Assembly: GCF_041956535.1 (NCBI RefSeq)
Contig: NW_027192195.1
Coordinates: 1,095,189 to 1,159,188, forward strand
From: Calcarisporiella thermophila CBS 279.70
Taxonomy: Eukaryota; Fungi; Calcarisporiellomycota
Length of the DNA: 64,000 nt
Direction: 5' to 3'
The notes under the pieces were generated by a model. It saw nothing but the letters and a program-made list of their open reading frames with translations, was not told the DNA's origin and searched no databases. The position numbers were made by a program, and so were the translations under genes. Of this stretch, positions 1 to 12,180 are shown in pieces; within the stretch, counting starts at the first letter, position 1; every line of letters begins with the position of its first letter.

Positions 1-1320
1 GTGAACAACCCCTGTGTAATAAAATAAATATACCAGTATTCTGTGTCCAAATATCAAGGGTCCAGTCCCAGACCAGACTGCTTGCATCCAAAATATAGAG
101 AAAAAGCCATTCATCGGCTTATGCTTTGGCGGCAAGGAAAGGCGCAAGCTATGGGTTTGCCGACACCCATTGGACCTGATAGAACCCTTTTAATTGGGCG
201 ATGACTGTTGTTTTGAAGCTCTTGCCTCACCCCCATCATCTGCTCGGTGACTAAAAATGCCGTTCCCTGGTAGCCCTATCCGTAATGTTTGGGCGCCTAA
301 CCAAGTGAGGGTAGGTTAATCTGCTGACCGACTCCCACATTATTCAGCTGCTGCTTAAATTCATCGCGTAGCGCAGATTTAAATTTTCCACTACTAAGCT
401 TGCGGACCAAGATAGATGGTAAGTCTACGGGTCCATCTCTGGAGTTGTACTTCACTCAGATATCTAGACGGGCTGTCTTTGTAACGGACTTTTCCTCTGG
501 TGTTAAACAAAACAATAAAGTACGTAAGTGATATGTAGAGGCATTTAATAGAGGACAAATACAAAAAAGAAAATTTATGTACGGAAGTCCGTCGCGAAAG
601 TAATACAAATGTGGGCATTACTGACCAGTAGTACCTGGTGGAAGGACGGAAGATGAATGAGTCGACAAATAAACACAAAGAGAATGTTAGGAAGTGAGCA
701 ATTAGTAAAAGAGATCATAGTGGCGATGATAACGATGCAGCAATGCCATTGCGGACACGAGCATAAACAGCGTTAAAAACATACCAGGAGTAATCCAGTT
801 AATCAAGCGAATGAAGCGCCGATTATATGCCAACTTATACTCATGTAGTTTTTGAAAGTTTAGAAAAGTTAAAACAGTTGATATTTTGGAACTGTCCTCC
901 GTGAGGTGGGCGGAGAGAATTCCCATTTCGTCGTCGGTCAATTGTAGCGCTCTGAGCTGGTCAAGCAGCTCGATTAAATGTTGCTGTAGTTTGCCTGAAA
1001 TTTGAGAAAGACTTAGTACATTGTATAATTAATGTGCAAAACTGACTGCTGTCGTCAGATTGTGCGTATTAAATCCAAATCTATCACATTAAGAACCTTT
1101 ATCAGTCTTTTTTTTTTCTTTTACTTCTTTCATCTAAGGCACTAGAAATTTGTCCTGTTGTCGAAATTGTACGTGATTTTGAGGGATCATCGGTCACGTA
1201 GAATAATAAAGGCAATGTCAGGATCGTCGTCTGAAGACACGACCATATAATTGTTTTTGTTCGCAAAGTCATACCGAGGGATTTAATATATCTCTCAAAA
1301 GAGAGTTTCCGCAAAAGGAT
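1..1320 (-). pseudogene. Degenerate Crinkler-type/P-loop NTPase gene remnant (runs off window start)
   Basis: Minus strand near 80-240 reads IKRVLSGPMGVGK, then after a frameshift LAPFLAAKA*ADEWLFLYILDAS. This matches the Walker A-containing SGPMGVGKS-YLA-FLAAKAYA-GW-LYI-DA motif recalled from CRN-like proteins of early-diverging fungi. A frameshift and an in-frame TAA are present. Short broken minus-strand ORFs continue to about 1314; the upstream boundary is approximate. Confidence 0.65.
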
Positions 1321-1572
1321 CAGTCAGAATCAGAAATATTGAAATATGATTATTAAAATTTGATTGGTCAAACATTTAAGATATAAATCTTTAGTATTAT
1401 AGCAAAAACTTTGAGAGCTGATAACCCTTCAAATATCCGTTCTAGAGCTCTCGTATGCAATCGAGGTTTGCATTAGCATTTGAAGGTAGGGGGAAACCTC
1501 AAAGATTCTGCTCGCTAGCATAGTGAACCTATTTCCTTTGAGATTATCAACCGTTGGTCCCGAACTCCTATT

Positions 1573-1975
1573 CTATGCCAGGAATTTCTCCCCAAAATAC
1601 AGCCCCTCGTGTACAAAATTATGTACATAAACCTTCAAAGAAATGCAGAGACAGGTATTGGGGTGAATTCTTCGACAAGGAAGATAAGATGCCAAGGAAC
1701 CGTCATGAAAGCGATCGCTTGGAAATTTGGCTTTGATCCAGGAGTACTCTGTGGTAAGTAAGAGAGTATCCGAGGGTTTCCCCGGAGTGGGGAGGACCAT
1801 CGGTCCCATAGGCTGCTTTTTCACTTGCTTGTATATATCTCTGTTCTTCATGTTTTCAACCTTCAGCATTATCCTCTTTCCATTTATATTAACTTGCATA
1901 CTATTTCGCTTGATTGCTACAGCTGAGAGTAACCTCGGAAAATAGGTTATTCCTAGCTTAAGCAGTCTATGACCC
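1573..1975 (-). mobile_element. Possible non-LTR retrotransposon (LINE) ORF2 C-terminal remnant
   Basis: Translation ...NINGKRIMLKVENMKNRDIYKQV...YSWIKAKFP...LPCRRIHPNTCLC resembles the region before and within zf-RVT of L1/Tx1-like elements. No RT core is seen. Confidence 0.3.
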
Positions 1976-2064
1976 CAATCCTGTACTAGTTTTCAATCAA
2001 ATGAAGGATTAATGTGTATATTTTGAACAAGAAAACAAAAAGAAAAATGCACAAAATAACAAAT

Positions 2065-3207
2065 CTACAACTGCACGCGCTTCTTTGCCGTCCGCTGGTA
2101 TGGCCGCAGCACCCATTCCGTGTCTGCCTCAACAATATCCACGGTTCCAAGTTTAATTTCGTAGAGCCGCATTTCGAAGCGCGGCCCCACTTCTGCAAGC
2201 TGCACCTCCTTGTTGTTGACCTTGTAGAAAACGTGATGTCTATGTTATTGGGCCGAGAGAATCCATTAGCCACCTCCGTCGAAAAAAAGAAACGAATTCA
2301 ACCAAAAGAAAAAGAGATATACCGGAAAGAGATGAAGTCGTTCTCGTTGGCAAATGTCATGACTCTTTTGCTGTCCTCCTTAGGGACGGGGAATAAGTAT
2401 TTTAGGATATTGGTGACACGTTGCCCTAGTTTTGAGTTGAAGTTGTTGAAAATCAGGTGTGGGTAGGCTTCGGAAACGGTTCCCGCGTTTTCAATGTCAT
2501 GGCGAAGAACAACGTTGTTAAGGGAGAAGAAGGCGGTGGGGCCGTAGGGAAAATGCGAGATGATAAGGCCGTCTACGCAAATGGGGAAAGAGCATTAAGG
2601 GGGAGTTGGGGAACAATAATGACAGAGATAGAGTAATTACCGGGAACACCTCGGTGCTCGTGCAGGATAATCAAGTCTGTGACCTCATTGGCACGACATG
2701 CGTCAACAATCTCCTTCATCACATGGTTACCTCGATTGATTCTCTGAGAATTTGGGATACAGAGGCGCATCTCTTTGGCAAACTGTTGTAATCTACTGCT
2801 AGGATCACGCGATGTGGTAATTAGAACTTTCGGGTCAAATACGCCTGCCCGTGCGTATTCATCATCTATATGCGTGGTTGGCTCAGTCTGGGCCTCATCG
2901 AAATGCATATCTTTGCGAAGGGCATCGCTCTCATTGCGGAGCTCCGTGGGAATGGGTTTACCCTCTAAAAGATTGGGCAGTTTATATGAGATAGAGTCGG
3001 GGAATAATGTAAGCAAATGGCGACTTACGTGCTAGGGCTTCCTTGATTTTCTGCTTTCGTTCATAGATCTGCCGCTCCTGGCTCTCTAGTGATTTACGGT
3101 AGAGGTATTCTCGGCGTAATCTTGTTTGTCTCCGAAGCTTGATAGATTGAAAATGAGTAAATAAACAATAACATAGCCTGGACCTGAATTCCACTTCTAC
3201 TTACCAT
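2065..3207 (-). CDS. IMP4: U3 snoRNP protein Imp4 (Brix domain), multi-exon
   Basis: M|[61 protein letters not shown]. Stop TAG at 2065-2067. The first coding exon is only ATG (3205-3207), followed by GTAAGT. Confidence 0.95.
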
Positions 3208-3429
3208 CTTTTTTTATTTGATTTAAGGTGGACTTGAGGTAGTGTTGGAGATCGGCTAATCTCTATATGAATTTTCATAGGGCGTGAGACTGCGTCTTAA
3301 CCGTATGTAAACACCATGACTGTTAATCCGGTGACGTCGTTTATGGGATTGGGATTTATTTTTTTTTTCCAAGGTTTTTTTTTTCACTTTGATCCTAACA
3401 CTTGGTTGATCCACAGATCATCCTAGATC

Positions 3430-5941
3430 ATGGACACCCATGAATCCCTCTCGACCGATGCATCAAGCACCCTGAGCACGGAAATCATCCGAGCTCTTGC
3501 TGTAGATGCTTTGGCCGCAAATGAAGCTTATCAACAAGAATTGCAACAGAGGGCATTTCAACTCGATAGAACCATCACGCGGATAACACGGTTAAAAGTG
3601 AGTATGAGTGCATGAAACATGCCATTAATTAATCTCTTTTCCGTGGCTCTCATGTGTTGAAAAAAAAAACATGGAGTTTTTTTAATGGTTTTAATATTTC
3701 AAATGCCAATTTATTAACACTTTTTTTCTATTTTGCCACCATTTATTGACGCAATAGGAAAACCTTTTGAAACTCATTGAGCAAGAGAAACTGTCCAATA
3801 AGCATGCAAGAGCATCGACGACCAAACTTCATCCTTATTTTATCGACAAAAGTGGAGATGTAAGCTTTTCTTTTGATTTTCTTCTGCATGAAACTCTAAA
3901 CCATATGCTCTATACATTATAGAGACCTTCCGAGAACTCGGATATTCCTTTCTCGAAAATGACCCAGCAGTTATACTTTAATCATCGCAAATGTAGGTCC
4001 ATTCCTCGGTCCATGCTTATATAGAATGCTAAAGTTGCCATTTGAATATAGGGACCGACAAGGAGCGGGAGGCCCTTGCACATGCGGTGAGGGCAGCAAA
4101 CAAGAAGCTCCTCTTAGACAGGCAAGACATTACCTCAGACTCGTTCATCCTTATCAATCTCCATTATAGCTGATTTTATTATATGTTCTTTTAGCGGGAA
4201 GCCCCACGATATGGTTAGCAAGGTGTCTCCAAAACAACTAGAGATGAATACCACGAATTTGCCGTGGCCCGATATTGCCAAAGAGGTATGCACTTCTTCT
4301 TGCTACGTTGAAAGGATGCAAAAGTATGAACCCAATTCTCTTTTTGTTAATTTTTCCACAGGTTAAAACGCGGTCTTCCATCGAATGTCTAATCCAGTGG
4401 GTCGTTCACGACCACCCTATGATCAATAAGACCGAGTGGACCGTGGGCGAGTGCGAGCGTCTACGTTCGGTGGTGGAACGGCATGGGGGCCGCGACTGGG
4501 GGCGCATCGCAGTGGAGCTTGGAACCAACCGGACCGCTTCCCAGTGCTTCCAACAGTGGCAAGCTCGTATGAATAAAGAGCTTGCGCGTAAGAACTGGAC
4601 GGAGGAAGAGGATAAGATTCTTCGAGAAGCGGTGGCCACGTTTGGAGAGCGAAACTGGCAACAGGTGGCGCTAGTGCTAGATGGTCGTACGGGACAGCAA
4701 TGCCTGCATCGATGGTTGAAATCACTCAGTCCCGGAAGGCGGCGTGGGAGATGGTCGCCTGAGGAGGATGCGATGTTGAGGCATGCCGTGGAGGTGTATG
4801 GGTCTGGAAACTGGATCCAGATCCAGCAGCATGTTCCGGGGCGGACGGATGTCCAATGCCGTGAACGATGGATGAACGTGCTTCATCCCGATGTTAATTT
4901 GGGTCCGTGGACCGCGGAGGAAGACGAGAAATTACAGGCGGCAGTGGCCAAGTACGGCACGGGAAAGTGGTCGCTGATTGCTAGTGAGGTCCCTAATCGA
5001 ACAGACAATCAGGTAACGAATCTGGCTTTATTTTGTCCAGGTCGTTTACATATGTCCCTAATTTGATTTTTTAATAGTGTCTTCGACGTCATAAGTATCT
5101 CAGAAGGCTTGCCCACCCCGAGGAGGCACCCCCCCGACGTCGTGCGGGCCGGCGGCCAAAACGCCCCCGGGAGGAAAATGAAGGCGTCAATGGGGAGAGG
5201 GGACTCAGTGAAAAACCGCAGGGAGAGAAAAGAAAACGAGGACGACCCCGTAGAAAGCTACCAGAACCAGAGAATCTTCAACAGGCATCTCCCGTGGAGG
5301 GTGCTGGCGGTTTGGAGCCACCACCGGCCGCATTAACGCCTGAGGATTCAAACCCATCTCCTCGGGAAAATTCTGTTCCAAGTGAGACCGTTAATCTTTC
5401 CGCAGCCCATCCAGCACAGGCAATGGAAGAAGTGCCACCTTCTCCTGCGCAAACTCCTGATCATCAGCAAGCCACGGAAAGCCCATTGCCCTCCATGGCT
5501 TCTACCTATCCCTCCAACTACTCAGAAATCGCCGCATCGAATCCCAATCTCGATGACAATCACTCTCTTTCAGTCCCGCCGTCGGCTTGTGTAGAGGAAG
5601 AGGAGGTATGTGAGGGCGAGGATTCGATCGCAAAACGGGTTCGTTCGTCCCCGCGTAGGTTAAGGCGAAATAGCACAATCGGAACCAACGACCATCCTTC
5701 GAATATAAAGTCATTTGGGGCCTCCCTTATGATTGTCAATGAGGATGTCTCTGCCAGCGATGAATTCACCGTCGGCGGCCCAGAAATAGAGGGAGGAGAG
5801 GAGGAGGATAATCTGCAGCAAACAGAACCGATTGCGAGACGATTACGGCGTAGGCAGGCCACATCCAATAGCTCACCTACAAAGAATTCTATGGACAACC
5901 CGGAGGATCCCTTGCCTGGACAATCCCAGTCCATAAGCTGA
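3430..5941 (+). CDS. Multi-Myb-repeat protein, SNAPC4/SNAP190-like, with C-terminal AT-hook
   Basis: About 4.5 Myb repeats (WT-EED...W..IA..RT..QC..RW), a PYFIDKSG motif ahead of the repeats as in SNAPC4, and AT-hook KRKRGRPRRK at about 5228-5257. Spliced exons stay in frame, including a GC-AG intron at 4122-4194. Confidence 0.8.
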
Positions 5942-6432
5942 CATGCTTTCTCTTGAAAGCTGCTGTTGAAATGGACTATGTATACCCACTTACCCCCCCC
6001 CCCCTCTATCACGCTCACGAACCACTATTTCTTTCAAGTTTGCATTTTTTTACACTTAGCACTTGTCTCGTTTTTATTTATTAAAAATGGTGGGTTAAGT
6101 CTTTAAACCAAGTCAAGGGTGAGAAAATGTGTATGGAAGGGAAAAAGAAGTCATGGACCAAAATAAAAACACCAAAAAAATATCAGTTACATAGAGAAGG
6201 GAGACGACATAGGAAGAAAAGATTAATAGGCGAAAAAAAAAATTAAAAGAGAGAAACATGAGACACATAGAATCATCCCTATACATAGGTGCAAAGGGTT
6301 ATTCGTTGAAAAAAAAAACAACGATTAACATTGAAATTAAAAATATAGATATCCATAAGAGAAAAAAATATATATATTTATTTATTTAAACAAAAGAACA
6401 AAACAAACCAACCAAAGAGAATAAATCAGATT

Positions 6433-7917
6433 TCATTTTTGGACTATACGTAGCTGAGGAAGCATGACGTTTTCAAACCACCTTCGCTCCTCCTCCGTGA
6501 TGGCCCACTCCTTCCTCTTCCCCTCCCCATTTTCGGTAGCGGTGGGGCGACTCCAGCCCAGGTCGCGCAAGAATTTCTCCTCTCGTTCCAACGACTCCGA
6601 CATGGGAAGGTCGGAAAGGGTTACTAGGGAAGACGTCAGCGAGCCATGTTGAAGATGGGCGGAGGCGGAGCTATCCGCAGGGAGTGGCTGAGGGGGAGAA
6701 GCAGAGGAGGAGCCGTGAATCGGGATAGGCTCGGTCACCGTGGCCGAGAGTGGTATGGGGTCGTCATTCCGATCATCCTCCTCCGCCACTTCGGCAGACC
6801 TATCCTCCAAGAGCTGGTTCTCGGAACCGCTCCTCCTCTCGTCCATAACCAATTCCGTACCCAATGGGACGGGATCCAGCCCAATATCCTCATTTTCCAC
6901 TGCTTCCCCCTCCTCCCTTTCTACAGCTGCAGAACTTCCTCGCGCAATCGTCGCCCAGGCTACCCCATTGACAAACCCACTTCGTTCTGGAATCTGAGTA
7001 GTCACAGTCTTTTCCTTGCTCAGTGTCCTCAAAAGACCCAGCCGCGGTTTACCTCCTACCGCATCCACCTTGCCAGCGGCACTCGATGCTGAATGATCTT
7101 GCTGCTCAAGGGAGGGCATTGTCATTCGTCGCTGCGCGGATTGAAGCGCTGGCTTGCGTTGCAGGGAATGACTACTGGTGAAGCTAATCGGTCGGAGAGA
7201 ACCGCCATTAGGGGGTCGAGGAGACGTGATCCCTCCCTTCGGCCGGGGCTTTGAACTTTCCATCGCCACGGTTGCTTTGGTGCTCCCACCCTTGATCTTG
7301 GGCACGAGGGACTTGAGCCGCTCGATCTGAGACTCGTAACTTACCGTATCCGTAGGGAGGGGCTCCAGGGTGCTGGGCGGAGGGGTCACATTGTCCGTAG
7401 CCTGGGAAGGAGGAGAAAAGAGCCTCTTCTTTGTCGTATCGTGCGCCCATTTATTCTTTGGCTGTGGCGGAGGCGGGTCAGCTCTGCAAGCAGGTTGGTG
7501 GCTCAGGATGGGGAATTGAGATTCGAAGCCCTTCACCTTCTCCGGGCGTCGGGGCCCATCGAGACTTTGCGCCTTTATGCTCTGTGAACTTGAAGCTACT
7601 CTCCACGAGCTAACTCCATTCTGCTCAGGTTCATTCTCCACCTTCCCTCTCTCACTCGAACCGGATTCTACATTGCTTGCTAGTGGGCGCTCGGCCTCCT
7701 CCAGAGCACTCTTTCTTGCCTTCCTCCCCTCCGGATCCGCCCCGACCGTTCCTAAACCCCGCTGATATCCACCTACACTCGAAAACGCGGTACCACCATT
7801 GGAGAACGAGTTGTCTTTCTGCAACCAGCTCGGGGCGAAGACAAGGGTCGACTTAGATAGGCCATTAGAGGTAGGTCGATCAGTAGCAACCGGAATACGT
7901 TTTGCAGAGGGTGTCAT
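6433..7917 (-). CDS. Vasculin/GPBP1-like protein, copy 1 (intronless CDS)
   Basis: 494-aa ORF with N-terminal FAPSWL, central FESQFPIL and C-terminal SESLEREEKFLRDLGW...ITEEERRWF. Paralogous to 9948-11492. Confidence 0.7.
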   Translation of the reverse strand: MTPSAKRIPVATDRPTSNGLSKSTLVFAPSWLQKDNSFSNGGTAFSSVGGYQRGLGTVGADPEGRKARKSALEEAERPLASNVESGSSERGKVENEPEQNGVSSWRVASSSQSIKAQSLDGPRRPEKVKGFESQFPILSHQPACRADPPPPQPKNKWAHDTTKKRLFSPPSQATDNVTPPPSTLEPLPTDTVSYESQIERLKSLVPKIKGGSTKATVAMESSKPRPKGGITSPRPPNGGSLRPISFTSSHSLQRKPALQSAQRRMTMPSLEQQDHSASSAAGKVDAVGGKPRLGLLRTLSKEKTVTTQIPERSGFVNGVAWATIARGSSAAVEREEGEAVENEDIGLDPVPLGTELVMDERRSGSENQLLEDRSAEVAEEDDRNDDPIPLSATVTEPIPIHGSSSASPPQPLPADSSASAHLQHGSLTSSLVTLSDLPMSESLEREEKFLRDLGWSRPTATENGEGKRKEWAITEEERRWFENVMLPQLRIVQK

Positions 7918-9947
7918 GACCGGTGTTTATGCTAGCACGCGCGTCGTAAGCACGCCGACGCATTTATCAGCTCGTCGGAAATAATAGAGTGAGAATTCGC
8001 GGGACGTGATATGGGATAAGCTTTTCGTATGCGAACAGTTCAGGCAGTGGATGAGGGAGGTTAAGAGTGGAGAGCAGAGGTGTTCAAGCTACGAAGCCGA
8101 TCTTGGGATGAGGGGAGCACAATGAAAATAAGCGACTACAAAATTCCGAGAGAAAAAGGAGCAATGGATGAAGGCGATCTATATACAAGGGGTGGAGCAG
8201 GGAGAGAAGGAAATGGAGAGTATGAAATTGGAAGATCCAAAATATATGAACGAGGAATATCCAATATCAAAAAAGAATAGGTGTGATCAACCAGAAAAGA
8301 GATCTAGTTTTGGTGTCTAGCAATGAGCTAAATCGCCTACGAGATTAAGCCAATAAAATAAATGCAGAGGAGGGTTGGGGGGGGGGGGGAAGGGGGTTGC
8401 TACAAGAAAAACCAAAGAGAGAGAATACAGCAGCTATAGGCTTGCTTATACGCCGTTAAGAGACAAATGGATGTTGGATCAAAGGACAAGAATGGGCAAG
8501 GATAATGGCAACAAGAAATTAGCCCACGGACGACACTGATTCTAGCGGCTGGGAAACGATTAACAGAAGTTGGAGGAGAGTTAGGGATCGATTTTTGTAG
8601 TATTGAATTATATTTCCGGTCCGAATTTTGATAGGTGACTTTTCTTCGTGGTCACATTCTCATCTGAGACTTGGTGTCGGAGTGTGCATTCAGAAATCGT
8701 GTGGAGCATAAGGAGGGTGAGAGCAAAAGCATCGAGTTAAATCACGCAGCCGGACCCTGTAGCGTCAACACTTCTCTCAGCCTCCCCCTCCTCCTCCTCC
8801 TCCTACTACTACTGCCAGTGCGCGGAGCTATCATATTGCCAGATCCGATCACTAATGCTGCTCTGGCCTTGTATTTTTGTTTTTATAGCCTACATCCTGC
8901 TGAATTTGTGATACCAGCTGCAGGCTCCAAAGGGATCTTTTTTCACATCTTAATCTTATCGACGGTTATCCTTGAGCATCTGTAGGCTATCCTGATGCGC
9001 TCAATACAATATAATTTTTGCGTGTATTCACACTTATCCCAAGTGCATTTTTCCTGCGCTGCTGCGATGTGTCAATGAGGCTTTCGCTCTTGGGTAGATA
9101 GCATGCAATATGCCAATAGCTAGCTTGGACCAACGGCCATAGCTGACATAGAATCAATGCATCACTATGATACAGCTCGTTAGATTGACTTGGCAAAAAT
9201 AGCCCCAAGTCCTATTTTCAGCGGTGGTATGAAACGTATTTTCGCTCTATTCACCATCCTTCCTCCCAAAACCTACTAGTATTTTCTTGGCAAAGATGGT
9301 CATTTGCAGCTGGAAATAGCGCGGAATGGCCAATGGTTTTACGGCCAAGCGGATTCATTTGCATTTGAATTCGGACTATTGAGTCTCCGAGCCCACTTGA
9401 ACTCAGAGGATGGATTAGGCCATTCGATCCTAGAGTGAAAAGTGGGCGAAAGAAAGGGATTGTCGGTCAACGGACGATTTTGAAAGACAATCTTCTTTAG
9501 ATGACGCTTGGATTCGGGTGCTTACTCTCTCTCTCTCCACCGCATCCTATCGTGTTAAGCGTTGCATAAGGTGAATCGGCATTTTATTTCATGCAGTGTT
9601 GCTTCAATCGGGATGCACGCATGTTTTTGTGTGGCTTTCGCCATTCCAAAGCATGTGGTAAACTAAATACTTTCATTCTTAAGAAAAGGTTAAAGAGTGA
9701 ACGATGCTGTCGAAACAAGAAAGAGAGATTTAGAAGGGGGAAAGTAAAAAGAGAAGAGTAAAGAAAAATTTTAAACAAGGAAAAATAATCAAATACAGAA
9801 AGAGAAAAAAAAAAAAGAAAAAGAATAACAATATTTATAATAATAAAGTGTTAACACAAAGAAAAAAAAACTAAAAGAGAAAAAAGTTGGAAAGAGAAGA
9901 AAGAAAAGAAAAAAAATTAAAGCAAAATAATAGAGCTAATTACGAAA

Positions 9948-11492
9948 TCATTTTGAAGTCGGACGTCGTCTGGGCAGCATCACCTCCTCAAACCACCTTC
10001 GCTCCTCCTCCGTTATCATCCACTCCTTCCTCTTCTGCTCATCTTCACCCGTTGGTCGACGCCACCCAAGTTGACGAAGAAAGCTTTCCTCACGTTCAAG
10101 CGACTCTGACAAGGGCAAGTCGGATAGGGAGACGACGGAAGATGCGATCGAGTGCCGCTTACTTGAGTTCTGGGTCGAGATGGATGGCGGCTTCATGGCT
10201 GAGGATGCTGACGAGGAAACTTCCTCCGCTGAAGGCTGGATGAGACTCGCATTGCGGATGGGAACCGGTTCCGCCCTGGTATTGGAAGGGGGAGTTTGGA
10301 CTCGCTCAACCGGACTGCTATCTTCTTCTTCTTCCTCCTCGCTTTCAACCCCCGGTTCTACCTGCTCTTCACCGGCGGACAGCTCCTCGCTTAACGGATC
10401 AGGCCCCGAAAACAATTCGTCGTCATCGAATGGCGCATGTGCTTCCTCCGCAGCGGATGCTCCTTTAGCTATGGTTGCCCAAGCCACGCCGTTCGCCAAC
10501 GGCTTCCGCTCCGTTGGGGCCGCAGGGGTGGGCGCCAACTTGCTCTTGTTGAGCGTGCGCAAAAGCCCTAAGCGCGGCTTGTTCCCCTCTGCGCCGTTGG
10601 AGGGTGAGTTGTCGGCGGCTAGGCTCGAGCGATTCTCCATCACAAAGGGCATCGTGGTTCTTCGCTGCATGGAGGGGAGAGTTGGCTTACGCTGAGAGGA
10701 AAAGCCGTTGGGGAGACTGGTCAGGCGTGTCCCATTTCCGCCCCCTTGGCGCAACCCCGGGGGCTCGTTTTTCAGTCGCGCTTTGGCGGCATCCGATCCC
10801 GCCGACATGGACTTGGTTCCAGCCGCCTTGACCTTGGGCACCAGCGACTTCAGCCGTTCGATCTGAGATTCGTAGCGCGAGACATTCTCGGGGGGAGGCA
10901 AGCTGACCTCAGGGGCGGCGGAAGGGGATACAGTAAGAACCTTCTTTTTGACGGATCCATTGGCCCACGCGTGTTTTGATACGGGAGGGTCGGGCTTCGT
11001 GGAAAGCTGACTCAGCGTTGGCTAAAAGAGAGAAGGATAGATGTCAGTCTAGCGATCCAGTCGCTCAGAACTAAGAGAAAGAAGGAAGCTTACAAATTGC
11101 GTCTCAAACGTTTTCACCGGCTTGCCCCTGGTTCCCCCTAGTCCCTCGTGTTTGTTTTCTAGTCCAAGCGTTTGAACCCCACCATTAATCCCGTTGATTT
11201 TGTCATTTCCGCCCTTGGATCCTAGCTCGGTGTTCTCATTGGCCTTAGTCCCAGCAGCATTCAGCTTTCCCCTCTCGCTCCTTTTGGCACTGGCCGCTGA
11301 GAATGCAGTCGAGGAGAGGGCCAAGGAAGGGTTTAAGCCTGCTGAAGGGGAGGATTTGCTGTGCACTCCCGTGAGCCAGCTAGGGGCGAAGACCAGAGTG
11401 GATGAATGTCTAGAGCTGAATGTACTATTGGGGTTGGAGCCGGAGGGTGTTGAGGTGGAATCTATGGGCGTTCGTCTTGCTAGAGGCGTCAT
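9948..11492 (-). CDS. Vasculin/GPBP1-like protein, copy 2 (one intron, 11022-11093)
   Basis: Shares STLVFAPSWL, FETQF|PTL, YESQIERLKSLVPK, KPRLGLLRTL, NGVAWATIA and SDLPLSESLEREE-FLR-LGW with copy 1. A GTAAGC...TAG intron joins the two ORFs in frame. Confidence 0.7.
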
Positions 11493-12111
11493 GCTTTTCC
11501 GAGCGAGGGAAAACGCGTCGCTGGCACACGCACCATTCAACTCAGAAGTAGGTCGATCACCCTTTTAGCGATGATGTTAAATAGAAAGGGGAGGGGAGAG
11601 GGGGGGAGGAGGATAGAGTCCAACGACAGGAAGAATAGAGATGATGAGGTTGAGAGGTCGGGTAGCAGAAATGTCGTAAAGGAAGTGATCTAGCGATCGC
11701 AATTAGAACAAAATAATTAAGTAGGCTATACGGCGAGAAGGCGAACTTAGAGATTGAGCTGATGAAAAATAGAGCGGGATGTAAAATCGTTCGATCAAGA
11801 TTTGAATCGATGAGGGATAGAAAGGCCAAGATTATCGATTAAAGCGCATGCAAGTAGATGTAGATCGGGGAAGACGATTGGAGGAAAATGGAGATGGGCC
11901 AGGAGGAGAAGGGGAGAAGGAGGAGAAAAGAGTCGGAGCAGCAAGGCTAAGGGAGTCAGACAACACAGCGTTGAGCGCAGGGTAATTTAGGATATCGTTG
12001 GAAATCGCAAACAAACAAAACGAAAAACAAGCAGAGATGCGAGGCCAACTGAAATCGCAGCCTTCCACGGAGAATCGGTCCTTCCTCTTCCTACCAGGGC
12101 GGTGCCTGCTG

Positions 12112-12180
12112 ATTGGCTGGCGGCCTAGGCCTGTGATGGGAGAACCGCAGCGGAGCCCAATAGGTAGACAGGAGGCCAAT
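12112..12180. promoter_or_regulatory. Cluster of three CCAAT boxes in the divergent promoter between vasculin-like copy 2 and kexin 1
   Basis: ATTGG at 12112-12116, CCAAT at 12157-12161 and CCAAT at 12176-12180. Confidence 0.3.

Noticed and set aside
8377-8813. Poly-G run and (CTC)n(CTA)n microsatellite
   Set aside because: Ordinary low-complexity tracts. No CRISPR-like or other regular array was seen in the window.
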